Positions 37,872-49,580 of a stretch of 54,132 nucleotides of DNA are shown here, piece after piece. The notes under the pieces are model-generated. The model saw nothing but the letters and a program-made list of their open reading frames with translations, had not been told where the DNA came from and searched no databases. Every line of letters starts with the position of its first letter. The stretch's first letter is position 1. This DNA comes from Octopus bimaculoides. Taxonomy: Eukaryota. The position numbers and the translations under genes were made by a program. Where the stretch lies: NCBI RefSeq assembly GCF_001194135.2, contig NC_068990.1:32841808-32895939 (forward strand), written 5' to 3'.

Positions 37872-38525
37872 CAGATGGTGAGGATGTAGTGTCTGATCAT
37901 GTGACCACATTAATTACCAACGTGTGGAATGACTCACTAGGAATCTGCAGGACAGGAGGGATGCTATACAGATTTTACCATAAACAGTAAAGATGTGAAT
38001 CTAACTTTCATATTTCCTTACTTGAAATTGTTGGCAAAATATTCACCAGACTTTAATTGAACTGGTTACAGTCATACATATGTTCCAGGGTTTTCCTGGA
38101 ATCTCAGTGTGGATTTAGATCTGGTTGTGAGAGATAATAGATATGATCTTTAGTGTTGGGTTGGTGCAGGAGAAATGTATAGAGCAGAGATGCCCGCTTT
38201 ACCAAGATTTTGTTGAACAAGCAAGAGATTTTGACTTAGTGAATAGAAGTGCATTGCGGAGCATCATGGGAAAGTTGCGGGTGTCCACCTATATTTGTTG
38301 ATGTGTTTCTCACTGTTATGAAAGGCTGCTTCAAATCAAATGGCACTCTTTTGGAACTGATTCAATGGTATTAAACAGGAGAATATATCCTTGCTAACTT
38401 TGTTCTCCATATACGTCAAAGTGGTGATCGCTCATGGTTCAAAGATTGCGATCTAGGTATCTTTGTTCACTATCACACAGCAAGTAAACTATCTAATCTG
38501 AAATATTTCAAAGCAAAATAAAAGG
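37872..38525 (+). mobile_element. RTE-clade LINE reverse-transcriptase fragment, decayed
   Basis: SLLEIVGKIFTRL*LNWLQ...ESQCGFRSG...IDMIFS..LVQEKCIEQ..PLY..FV...RDFDLVNRSAL, then CPPIFV and KLSNLKYFKAK. This follows the ESQCGFR / DMIF / QEKC / AFDxV motif order of RTE RTs. Confidence 0.9.
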
Positions 38526-38799
38526 CCTTTATTACTCTCTTTTGAAATTGTTGTAAGTTGACAATTGTGTGCTTGTCGCTTAATCAGAACAGGATATTCA
38601 GAAAATAATAAACCTCTCTTTTGGTACTTGCCTTGCTTTTGGATTTACAATAAGCCAAAAGAAGACCATAGTTATGTTTATACCTGCTCAAGGGTAGGCA
38701 TATGAAAAACCAAACATGCTTTTGTGTATCTAGGAGGCTCTGTCTTCAGAGATGGATCCCTAGATTCTGGAAGGTTTCAATTGAATATAAATATAAATA

Positions 38800-38927
38800 C
38801 AATGTCATTCTAGAAATATACAATAACATCATCAGAATTTCAAAACTATGAGATAATGCATGATTAATTCAAAACAATGTGAATAAATAAGCACTACATT
38901 TGACAGAGTAATCTGAATGCTAATGGG
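38800..38927 (+). mobile_element. MITE family E, 3' part
   Basis: Ends atctgaatgctaatggg then ttaa. Confidence 0.7.
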
Positions 38928-39145
38928 TTAAATTCTGCATGCAAAATATGTTTCTTCAAAAATATCCATACTTTCCTTTACTTTTTTTTGGGCATTGGTG
39001 GTAATGACAAGAATTGCTTTCCCAATTGACCTTCCATATCTCACATGCCTTCAACTAGTACTTTACACAATCCTTAAACCATAGTTTGCAGTTTCTGCTG
39101 GAGGCAATTTCTACAAACAAGTTCACAATAAAGCATCTGCTAGCT

Positions 39146-39222
39146 GATCCTCTGACCATTCACCTGTGTGTATGAGTGTGTGTGTGTATTTGTATACACA
39201 CACATGGATGAATGATCAGAGG

Positions 39223-39225
<3 letters not shown>
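39146..39225. ncRNA. pre-miRNA-like hairpin (candidate)
   Basis: 26-position stem with 2 mismatches and 2 G:U pairs on the + strand; 28-nt TG-rich loop. No expression evidence. Confidence 0.3.
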
Positions 39226-39263
<38 letters not shown>

Positions 39264-41175
39264 TATTCATGAGTATTTGATTCTAGAAATGTTTGTGTTT
39301 GGGAATAATAGTTTATGTAAATAATAGCTACAAGGTAAGATTTACTAATCCTGTCAAATATTATAAACATGAATGAATTGTGAGATTCTATGATGCTGAA
39401 GAATATACATTTATACATAAGAATATATATGCATATATAAGCAAATGTATATTCATGTGTCTGAGTGTGCATGTATATGTGCATACAGATATAGTTTTGT
39501 ATGAACACGTATTTATGTGTACAGATAATATGAATCATCATCGTCATCATCATCAATTTATTTCTGTGAGAATATATATAAGTCCATAAGACTATGCTAT
39601 ATTACTATAGTCTAGAACAAAACAGTGGTATGTTTTAATTTCAATAGTATTTTCTAAGAAACTATCTAAGCCACTAAATACTTTTATGGAATTGACTTTT
39701 ATATTAGTTTTGTAATAATGTAAATACTAAGAACTCCTATTAATGTAAATATTAATTAGTAATTAATTGAAGATAATATAATACTCTGTAACATACTACA
39801 GATATGTTAGGCACACTGTTGAATGAGTAATCTCTTTCCTTCCTCTTGGAATTTTCTGACAGGGGTCCTTGCAATAAATTGATTCTATTAAGATTACTTA
39901 TACTTGTTTTATTACACTGTAAAAAGTCCAAATCTTTATATAGACGAGTACTCATGCCTCTGCTAACCATTCAAATATGAGATTCAGGAAGAACTTGTGG
40001 ACATTTAGCCAGAGTTACTGAAATAAACAAAGTTATCTATTTTGCTGAAGAGCAAAATACAATGACTGTTGTGAGATTTGAACTTTCGAACAAATGAACT
40101 GTAGTACATATTTAATCCCGCTAACACACTTGTGTAATAAATGCACAAGTGTGGTGACTAGGATCAATTAGAAATGGGATTGCTTTTCCTAATGAACAGC
40201 TACCATCGTCATCCTTATTTTGTGTCTGCTTTTTTTGCTGACATTGGTTGGATGGGTTATTTGTTCAGATCTCATGAAGATTGAGAACATGACATGAGAT
40301 ATGAATCTTCCATTAAAATAACTTAAAAGATTTGAACTCAGTGTGAGATGAGAAAAAGTAATTGGCATTTATTTAGTTATCTTATTTCTCAATTCTTACC
40401 ATGATTTTAACACATTGCTGGCTAACAACCAAAATAAAAACAGCATTTTAATGCTCCGCCTTCCAAATGAAAGCAAGGACCTGTAGGAAATTAAATAGAA
40501 ACTTTGTATAGATAAAAACAGCATGTAATTATGTATGTATAATTTTTATGTTCTTGTTTCCTACATACCAACAAAAAAATAAACCTCTTCAGATCTTGTT
40601 AGAAACATAATGCTACAATGATTAAATAAATAGATGCAGATAATGTTTGCATTTTTGAAGTGGTGGAAATTATTCTGTTGAAACCAAGTTGAAGGAAGAA
40701 TTAACTGTGAAAGCTTAGTGGAAGAACAGAAAAATGGTTCACAGGCTCCATGCCTCTGGTTGGGTAAAATAACACATATGACAGCAGTAAAACTAAAATA
40801 ATGGTCCTGCTTTGTTTAACCAAATGGATGACAAACTACTCCTCACCAGTTCATAAAACAATACACATGACAAAACAGTAGAACCAATATATCTGCTGTT
40901 GGAAGGAATAACTACAGAGTTTATATTTCACAAGGCAAGTAAACTTATTAAACTCATTTGAACTAATTATTACTAACAGAAACTATTACAGGTTTTCTTG
41001 AATTCTAGATCTTACTCCATTATAATTAACAATTATTAGCAATTAAATGATTATTTCTATGGACAAATCCTACAGCACTGGTGATGAAATAAGGATCACT
41101 AACTCATTTTCCTCAGGGTTAGCGATGACTTATGCTTTGAAAATCCAACTGTAACTTATAGCAGTGATCTTTATC

Positions 41176-41220
<45 letters not shown>

Positions 41221-41739
41221 TGCGTGAACATGTGTGTGTATGAGCGTGTGTGTGTGTATAAGACTTATACACACACATAATATAATAATATTTGCAGTCT
41301 ACAGACATTTTTACTCATGCTGGCTGCTGGTAAAAAATTAATATTTTAATTTTTACCCTATATATAAAAATTATATATATGTTGAATTTTTGAAATTAAT
41401 AAATTACATTAATGCTACATCTCTATTTTCTGAATTTTAATTTAAATATTTATAAATCAAGATTTATACTTAATTCTTTTATTTACAAATATTACTGTTC
41501 ACAAAAAATAATAGGCAATGAATTAGTAATTCATTAGATATTTTTATCCCTTGATGAGGCTTTTCTAACCTCTATTTGAATATTAAATATATATATGTTA
41601 GATATAGACATACACCTAATTATATACATACATGCAAACAGACATACATACATACATTCATGCATACATACATATGGATTTCTAGTTGTCTGGTCATTCT
41701 GGATCTACACATGGCCTACAATCTCCAGCATTTTATTCA

Positions 41740-43598
41740 TCTTAATATATAAATCTGAAGTTGTGTGTCTGTGTGAAGCCTTTTTGAATGTTTATAGAAA
41801 TCCACATTTTCCACTTTTTCGTAAATATTTTTACATCAATGGAATTTTCCGGATGTGAACTTTCCAGTGCAGTAATAAATTTTTAAAATTCCGTTTACTT
41901 TGTGTGATTTAAGGGAGATTTGGCTGTCGTTTCTAGCAACTTTTATATTTCATCCCTTCTACCTGGAACACCATTCTTACACACGCGCTCAACATAAAAA
42001 TATAGAGAGTAAGAGTAAAAGAGGGAGAGGGAGAGAGAAAGAAAGTGATACATACAACGTCATAGATTAAACTTTCATCTCAGTATTCTTCACCTATTTT
42101 TCATAACATAGATACGTAAAAACACACACAACCACACATACATGACCTGTGACAACAACATACACATTGCTCTCAATCTCTATTCATTTCTCCCCCTCTT
42201 CCTCTCTCGCTCTCTCAAACGTATANNNNNNNNNNNNNNNNNNNNNNNNNNNNNNNNNNNNNNNNNNNNNNNNNNNNNNNNNNNNNNNNNNNNNNNNNNN
42301 NNNNNNNNNNNNNNNNNNNNNNNNNNNNNNNNNNNNNNNNNNNNNNNNNNNNNNNNNNNNNNNNNNNNNNNNNNNNNNNNNNNNNNNNNNNNNNNNNNNN
42401 NNNNNNNNNNNNNNNNNNNNNNNNNNNNNNNNNNNNNNNNNNNNNNNNNNNNNNNNNNNNNNNNNNNNNNNNNNNNNNNNNNNNNNNNNNNNNNNNNNNN
42501 NNNNNNNNNNNNNNNNNNNNNNNNNNNNNNNNNNNNNNNNNNNNNNNNNNNNNNNNNNNNNNNNNNNNNNNNNNNNNNNNNNNNNNNNNNNNNNNNNNNN
42601 NNNNNNNNNNNNNNNNNNNNNNNNNNNNNNNNNNNNNNNNNNNNNNNNNNNNNNNNNNNNNNNNNNNNNNNNNNNNNNNNNNNNNNNNNNNNNNNNNNNN
42701 NNNNNNNNNNNNNNNNNNNNNNNNNNNNNNNNNNNNNNNNNNNNNNNNNNNNNNNNNNNNNNNNNNNNNNNNNNNNNNNNNNNNNNNNNNNNNNNNNNNN
42801 NNNNNNNNNNNNNNNNNNNNNNNNNNNNNNNNNNNNNNNNNNNNNNNNNNNNNNNNNNNNNNNNNNNNNNNNNNNNNNNNNNNNNNNNNNNNNNNNNNNN
42901 NNNNNNNNNNNNNNNNNNNNNNNNNNNNNNNNNNNNNNNNNNNNNNNNNNNNNNNNNNNNNNNNNNNNNNNNNNNNNNNNNNNNNNNNNNNNNNNNNNNN
43001 NNNNNNNNNNNNNNNNNNNNNNNNNNNNNNNNNNNNNNNNNNNNNNNNNNNNNNNNNNNNNNNNNNNNNNNNNNNNNNNNNNNNNNNNNNNNNNNNNNNN
43101 NNNNNNNNNNNNNNNNNNNNNNNNNNNNNNNNNNNNNNNNNNNNNNNNNNNNNNNNNNNNNNNNNNNNNNNNNNNNNNNNNNNNNNNNNNNNNNNNNNNA
43201 AAATGGTGCATCAACATCTTCTGCCCAATCTGATAGAATTCTGGCAAAACTGTGTAGCAACAGATCGCCAGCAATTGCTTCATCAGAAATTGCTGTCCTA
43301 GCTTCTGCTAAAAGGGATTACCCTGCTATGTATAATCAGGGCAGCGCAAAAAGTTGTTTTGCACAAGCATTTCTATAGTCAATTACACGGATGAAATTTA
43401 CGTATGCTTAATAATTTTACGCAAAACAGCCTTCAGACTTTCCCTATTAATTTCATCGTCTTTTGAATTATGAACATATTTACATCATAAGGGTTTTTTC
43501 GTTGTAAGGCTTTCTTTTTTAGTTGATTTTCAGCTAGCAAGACTTATCATAGATGGCATAATAAGTCACACCCGGACAAGGTCGGGTTATACTGCTAG
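41740..43598 (+). mobile_element. Helitron, non-autonomous or decayed (spans gap)
   Basis: A|TC start (tcttaatatataaatc), 3' hairpin cccggacaaggtcggg, 8 nt, CTAG|T. That the two ends belong to one element across the gap is inferred. Confidence 0.7.
42226..43199. other. Assembly gap (N)
   Basis: N run. Confidence 1.
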
Positions 43599-45939
43599 TA
43601 TTGAATAAAGAGAAGTGGAAAAGGAGATCAGTAGTTTCCTTTAATAGGATTTGAATTCAGATGCATTAGGAAATATTCAGTAGTATAAATTTTGTAGGTT
43701 TGTGTACTTGTTTCACTGTTATATCTTCATTGTTCGTCTGATTTTAGTGCGTAGATTTGTTCATGCAAACACATGCATCCATAGCAGATGCATGCAAATG
43801 TAAATATTTACTTTATATGACGACACACATAAATCATTCATCACACAGAATGGTGGTTATTATTATTGTTACTACTATTATTATTATTATTATGAACAAC
43901 AACAGTGACAGCATTAACCACAAAAAATTATCAGATCAGGTTGAAATATTTCTCATCAAAGTTTTATCATTTCTGTGAATATACACAACAGTGCATGCAT
44001 GAATCTAAGCAGTGTATCTCGATATGTGTGCTCAAAGTCAGTGTATGCTAGTGAGTGTGTCTATACGCTTGTATTGACATCAGTGCGTATTAGCATTGTC
44101 CATTTAGAAAGTTCATCCAACATAAAGTAGTACTTCATATTCCAATCATAGAACTTCCGTAGCTAACTCCCATTTAACTTCCTTCATTAAATATCAAACG
44201 TTTAGAAGCAATTTCTCAAAGAAATGAATATATTTTTCATTAAGTCTCCATTTTAGAAAATATGAACTACAAAGATTATACTTTGTGTTTCTTTTTAAGA
44301 ATTTATTTAAATATTTTAGTTTTCAGTTCTTTATATGTTTTCTCCTTTTCTGTTTTTCATTTTTTTCCCCTTTATTATATTCGATAATATATTATTAAAA
44401 CATTTATGTATTTATTAATTTTTGATAATTTGGAAATTTTTCCCAGGTAATTTAGAACCATTCACAAACAGAGAGAAACACAGAAGAATAGATAACTTTA
44501 TGAAAATATATATAAAATAATTTCTCTTCTTCATAGTCGTAGTCAATTGTTTTAAAAAGACAAAAGAAAAACAAAAACTAAACAAAACAAAAAGAATAAA
44601 ACAAAAACTGAGAAACTCTTGGTAAAAACTACACCCCTGTTTCCATCACATCTTCTGATCAACCAACAAACACTATCACTAGGACAATCTTCCCAACTCT
44701 GTTAAAACATTAAAATCTCTTTGTTTTCTCATAATTTTAATTTTGCTTTGGATAATTGAGATTTTGCATTTATTTATTATTTCATATTATATTATTATTT
44801 TTTACTCTCTAAAACCATGAAGTGATTTCATAAAAAAATAAAAAATAAAAAAATGATAATAAATATAAAAAATACAATTTTCAAACAATAAGAAGTAAAA
44901 ATGTAATCTTTTCAGGATAATATTAATGGAAAATTCTATTATGAAATCTTTGACTAAAAGCATATTCCTTTGTTGTCCTCTTTATACATTGTAACTGTTA
45001 TAACTAATAGATATATTTTTTTTTATTTGACTAAGCACATGACCAATTTTCATTGTGTCAGAGTGAGTTATATCTAATTAAATAGACCTCAGTATATTAC
45101 AGGTACATATTTTTATTTATTCCCCACCAAATATAAAAATACATGGAAAAAATGCAATATTGTTCTATTAGCACAAAAAGTACAGAACCATAGCTAAAAC
45201 AAAGTCACTGTGTTCTATTTGGAGGTATGAAGAGATTTGGTATTTTTCTATGTTTTCTAGCTCTGTTTGTATGGTCATCTCCATATCAATACCCAATCAT
45301 TTGCTCACCTGGTGAAATTCTGTATAGGATGATCTTCTCACCCACATCATCTATTGTACTGGCTATCAACCATCATATGCCTATTTCTTGTGGAACATTT
45401 TCCACTTTCACTTTCATCAGTTTTTTTCCCCTATACAGGAAGGAATGAGCAAAACCACTCAGCCTTTAGAAAATGATAGAGTCCTTGCCTTTTTATTCAA
45501 AGGCAAAACTCTCATCTATTATTCCAGTATACTTGCCACAAGAGGTGCAACTTTCATAACTCTATATACTTCTCTGGCACATTTCTCAGTTTGTCCATGC
45601 ATTAAGTTTGCAACATGAACAGCTTTCATGTTGATGCATCTGTTAACATTACCGAATGCTCATATATCAGAGCTAACAAAAATATGTATCAGCCATCTTC
45701 CTTTACAAATATTACAGGTCCATCTAAATAAGTCACTGTCTACTGGTATAACTGAGTTGTTTGAGACAGTTTTGTAATATTTAGTATTGATTGTTGTTTG
45801 CCTTGTTTTGATAGTGATGATGTTGCTATTATTGATGTTGTTGTGGAAGTGGCTAAAGTTATTATTGTTGTTGTTGTGGTGGTGGTGGTGTTGATGGAGC
45901 AAAATACCTATGTCCCTGGTGCATTGTTGTTGCTTGTAG

Positions 45940-46480
45940 TTACTTGACTGGGATGTGTCCGGTATCAAGGAAGGGCAGCAATTTTGAAGGGGGAACATAT
46001 TGTACTCTTAGAGATAGTTCATTCATTTTGGTCTCCATCTGACACCTAGCTCTCACCTGTGGTTCCAAGGACATGTTTGCACGCAATGGTAGCCACACTC
46101 TAGTAAACCAGTTTGACTGATGAGCCAAGTAAAACGAGGGTAGCCAATGGGTGAGTAACTCTGAATTAGGGCCTGCTTACCTATGCATATGAAAACTGAA
46201 TCCAGCAGATTTTGTGGTAGAAACCTTTATGGCTTAGCTGAGAAGAAGGTGGGTGCAGCAATGCATTGTGGGGTGCAGAGAACAAGATCCAAGATGAAAC
46301 AAGCATGACATCTTGGTCATCCCCTGCATTCATCTCCATCCCTAGTCACACTGACCTGGTTGTGCTACTGGATTGAAGATGGCCATGGATGAGAGAGTGA
46401 GGTTGATTGATGATGTGCAGCTCTTCTTCACTTGATACAAAGTCACCACACAAATCATGAGTCAATAGAATGACTAAATG
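45940..46480 (+). mobile_element. GC-richer interspersed repeat, possibly a LINE 5' region
   Basis: Higher GC and many TG/CA dinucleotides relative to the flanks. Family identity rests on recollection only. Confidence 0.35.
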
Positions 46481-46746
46481 GTTATTGTTGCTCCAATGGA
46501 TGAATATGTGTACTTAACTAAGAAGGTGTCAGACACGGGTATTCTTCATTGAAGTTGCCTTGTTACTCTTTGGTCTTGTTACTCTTTCCAATGTTGTTGT
46601 TCTTGCTGCAGCTTAATTGATGTTGTCATTGTGGTTATGTCTTTTCGCCTTATCGGTGAGTTGATTCAAAAGCAGACAACAGCAAATTTTCTCTAATGTA
46701 ACCTGTCATTGTCATAAAAACAACACAAGCAGACACTTGACACATT

Positions 46747-46789
<43 letters not shown>

Positions 46790-47270
46790 GTTCTCTCTCT
46801 CTCTGTTTCAATTAAGTAATCTTTCGCTCCTTCTGTGTTATTTGTTCCCAGTGAATCTTATTTCTCCAAAGGGATTCATGTCTATTTTTCAAGAAGCACA
46901 GACGATTTCACAAAACAAAATTTTAAATTTGATGGCTTGCATGTTATGAAAGATGAAGATCATGCAAAATAGAAAAACTGACCAAAAAATAAGCAGGTTC
47001 ATTTCTCTGTGCAAGTGACAAAAAAATTCTGTAACCAGATACATATTTGGTAAAACAATGTAAAGATTCTGAAATCTTACAGAGATGAGATTGGGTGTGT
47101 CTTTCCCAAAATATAACCAGTTTTCGATGTGTATGTCCATCTTACCAAATATTAAAAATTGAATGTCAAAATTATGAAATAAGAAAAAAATTGGGAATTA
47201 AAAAGAATTTGATCTCATACTTTGTGCATAGTTAAGAACATATGTGAAATTTTATCTTAGAGTCACTGTA

Positions 47271-47533
47271 TTGGGCCAGCCCATGAATAATGCAGTTTTT
47301 TTTTATACTTCTTCTTTTAATTTTCAATGTCTGGTGAATATGGTGAATGGGGCATCGTTTCCCATTCAAACTGCTCCAGCTTTTGGAATGTTATTCTCGC
47401 TGTATGTGGCCAAGCATTATCCTGATGGAAGAACACCTGTCATCTTGAAACCAAAGATGGTCGTTTTTCTTTTAGTGCTGACTTAAGCTGCTCAAGCAAT
47501 TGAAAAAACTGCATTATTTATGGGATGACCCAA
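47271..47533 (-). mobile_element. Miniature internally deleted mariner (MITE-like), same family as 6942-7840
   Basis: TA-flanked 31-bp TIRs with 3 mismatches; interior encodes EQLKSALKEKRPSLVSR*QVFFHQDNAWPHTA...PHSPYSPDI. Confidence 0.93.
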
Positions 47534-47778
47534 TATATATATATCAAATGTGACTGATCAGACTATCAGATGTTACACATTACTGGTCACAATGTACTTT
47601 GCATAATTTCAGCCTTTGAGTGACGCCACTCCAATGGCTAAGTGAGCAGGCCAACGCTTCTCATTAATCAAAAGGAGGAATGGATCTATTTGAAATGAAT
47701 TGTTTTACTCAAGAAGACGTGTTGCTTGGTCTGGGAACTGAACCTACTATCTAGCAATTGTAAGTGTAACAGGCTAAC

Positions 47779-48120
47779 NNNNNNNNNNNNNNNNNNNNNN
47801 NNNNNNNNNNNNNNNNNNNNNNNNNNNNNNNNNNNNNNNNNNNNNNNNNNNNNNNNNNNNNNNNNNNNNNNNNNNNNNNNNNNNNNNNNNNNNNNNNNNN
47901 NNNNNNNNNNNNNNNNNNNNNNNNNNNNNNNNNNNNNNNNNNNNNNNNNNNNNNNNNNNNNNNNNNNNNNNNNNNNNNNNNNNNNNNNNNNNNNNNNNNN
48001 NNNNNNNNNNNNNNNNNNNNNNNNNNNNNNNNNNNNNNNNNNNNNNNNNNNNNNNNNNNNNNNNNNNNNNNNNNNNNNNNNNNNNNNNNNNNNNNNNNNN
48101 NNNNNNNNNNNNNNNNNNNN
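47779..48120. other. Assembly gap (N)
   Basis: N run. Confidence 1.
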
Positions 48121-48124
48121 TATA

Positions 48125-48762
48125 TATATACTATATATAAAACAGAGATGTGTGTGTAATCGCTTTTCACGTGAAATCGACTTCACCAAATGCTTCCATA
48201 CTTGTGATGCGTGAATAATTTGACCTCGGATAAATCTTAGGCTTTTCATTTGATTTTTTTAATTAAAAATAAATAATATTGCTTTATATTTAAGATTCAC
48301 TTCTTTAAAAAGGTTCCTCAATGTCAACTTCCGGTATTGACCTAACAACGGCAAAAAGATTCACTCTCTATTTTGTGTGTGAGCGTGTGTATGAGAGAGA
48401 GAGAGAGAGAGAGAGAGAGTAAATACTACATACACACCGCTCTCTCACTCTGTCTCACACACATACACACGCACACACACCCCCCTTGTTCACTCACACT
48501 TTGTCTCTTACAAACACACACATAGATAAATGTATACAAACATATTTACAAAGACACACCTTTGTATGCGCGCACGTGCGTGTTTGTAAGAGACAGAGTG
48601 TGAGTGAGTCAAGGGCTGTGTTGTCATATGCATACATCCAAAGATGTATGTATATTTATGCATGTACGTATACATGATAACAAACCTCTCTCTCTCACTC
48701 ACACTCTGTCTCTTACAAACACACATACATAAATGTATACAAACATATTTACAAAGACACAC
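48125..48762 (+). mobile_element. Helitron 5' part, inverted near-identical copy of 52930-54110 (3' part lost in gap)
   Basis: Colinear with the reverse complement of 54110 to about 53490, with scattered substitutions and indels. Confidence 0.9.
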
Positions 48763-49380
48763 NNNNNNNNNNNNNNNNNNNNNNNNNNNNNNNNNNNNNN
48801 NNNNNNNNNNNNNNNNNNNNNNNNNNNNNNNNNNNNNNNNNNNNNNNNNNNNNNNNNNNNNNNNNNNNNNNNNNNNNNNNNNNNNNNNNNNNNNNNNNNN
48901 NNNNNNNNNNNNNNNNNNNNNNNNNNNNNNNNNNNNNNNNNNNNNNNNNNNNNNNNNNNNNNNNNNNNNNNNNNNNNNNNNNNNNNNNNNNNNNNNNNNN
49001 NNNNNNNNNNNNNNNNNNNNNNNNNNNNNNNNNNNNNNNNNNNNNNNNNNNNNNNNNNNNNNNNNNNNNNNNNNNNNNNNNNNNNNNNNNNNNNNNNNNN
49101 NNNNNNNNNNNNNNNNNNNNNNNNNNNNNNNNNNNNNNNNNNNNNNNNNNNNNNNNNNNNNNNNNNNNNNNNNNNNNNNNNNNNNNNNNNNNNNNNNNNN
49201 NNNNNNNNNNNNNNNNNNNNNNNNNNNNNNNNNNNNNNNNNNNNNNNNNNNNNNNNNNNNNNNNNNNNNNNNNNNNNNNNNNNNNNNNNNNNNNNNNNNN
49301 NNNNNNNNNNNNNNNNNNNNNNNNNNNNNNNNNNNNNNNNNNNNNNNNNNNNNNNNNNNNNNNNNNNNNNNNNNNNNNNN
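48763..49380. other. Assembly gap (N)
   Basis: N run. Confidence 1.
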
Positions 49381-49390
49381 ATATATATAT

Positions 49391-49580
49391 GGGAGAATAT
49401 ACAAATAATAACAACAGACGAGGACAGGTGGTGTAAATAACAAAAGTATATATTAGTATGACGCTCGGGAAATACGGAAAGTCTTTGACGTTTCGAGCTA
49501 CGCTCTTCAACAGAAAGAATACGGAGACAAGGAGAAAAACACGGAGAAAAAAAATTGAATAGTGTTCAGTCAACGGTCAA
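49391..49580 (-). mobile_element. CpG-rich repeat, probably a Penelope-like element terminal repeat
   Basis: CpG retention unusual for this window; contains a minimal hammerhead motif of the kind typical of PLE terminal repeats. No RT or GIY-YIG sequence visible. Confidence 0.5.
49482..49518 (-). ncRNA. Minimal type I hammerhead ribozyme motif with A6U core substitution
   Basis: 5'-UCUUU CUGUUGA A GAGC GUA GCUC GAA ACGU C AAAGA-3': stem I 5 bp, stem II 4 bp, palindromic ACGU stem III, GUC cleavage triplet. Confidence 0.65.

Noticed and set aside
40661-40763. Exon candidate WWKLFC(UGA)NQVEGRINCES... as a selenoprotein
   Set aside because: Weak donor, no SECIS seen, no resemblance to known selenoproteins; a single UGA in a short AT-rich segment is expected by chance.
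44250-45000. Very AT-rich block as a mitochondrial insertion
   Set aside because: No mitochondrial gene, tRNA or rRNA motif recognised; composition matches other intronic stretches.
45270-45650. Minus-strand RTE fragment
   Set aside because: Only faint resemblance and no continuous motif could be translated; left unannotated.
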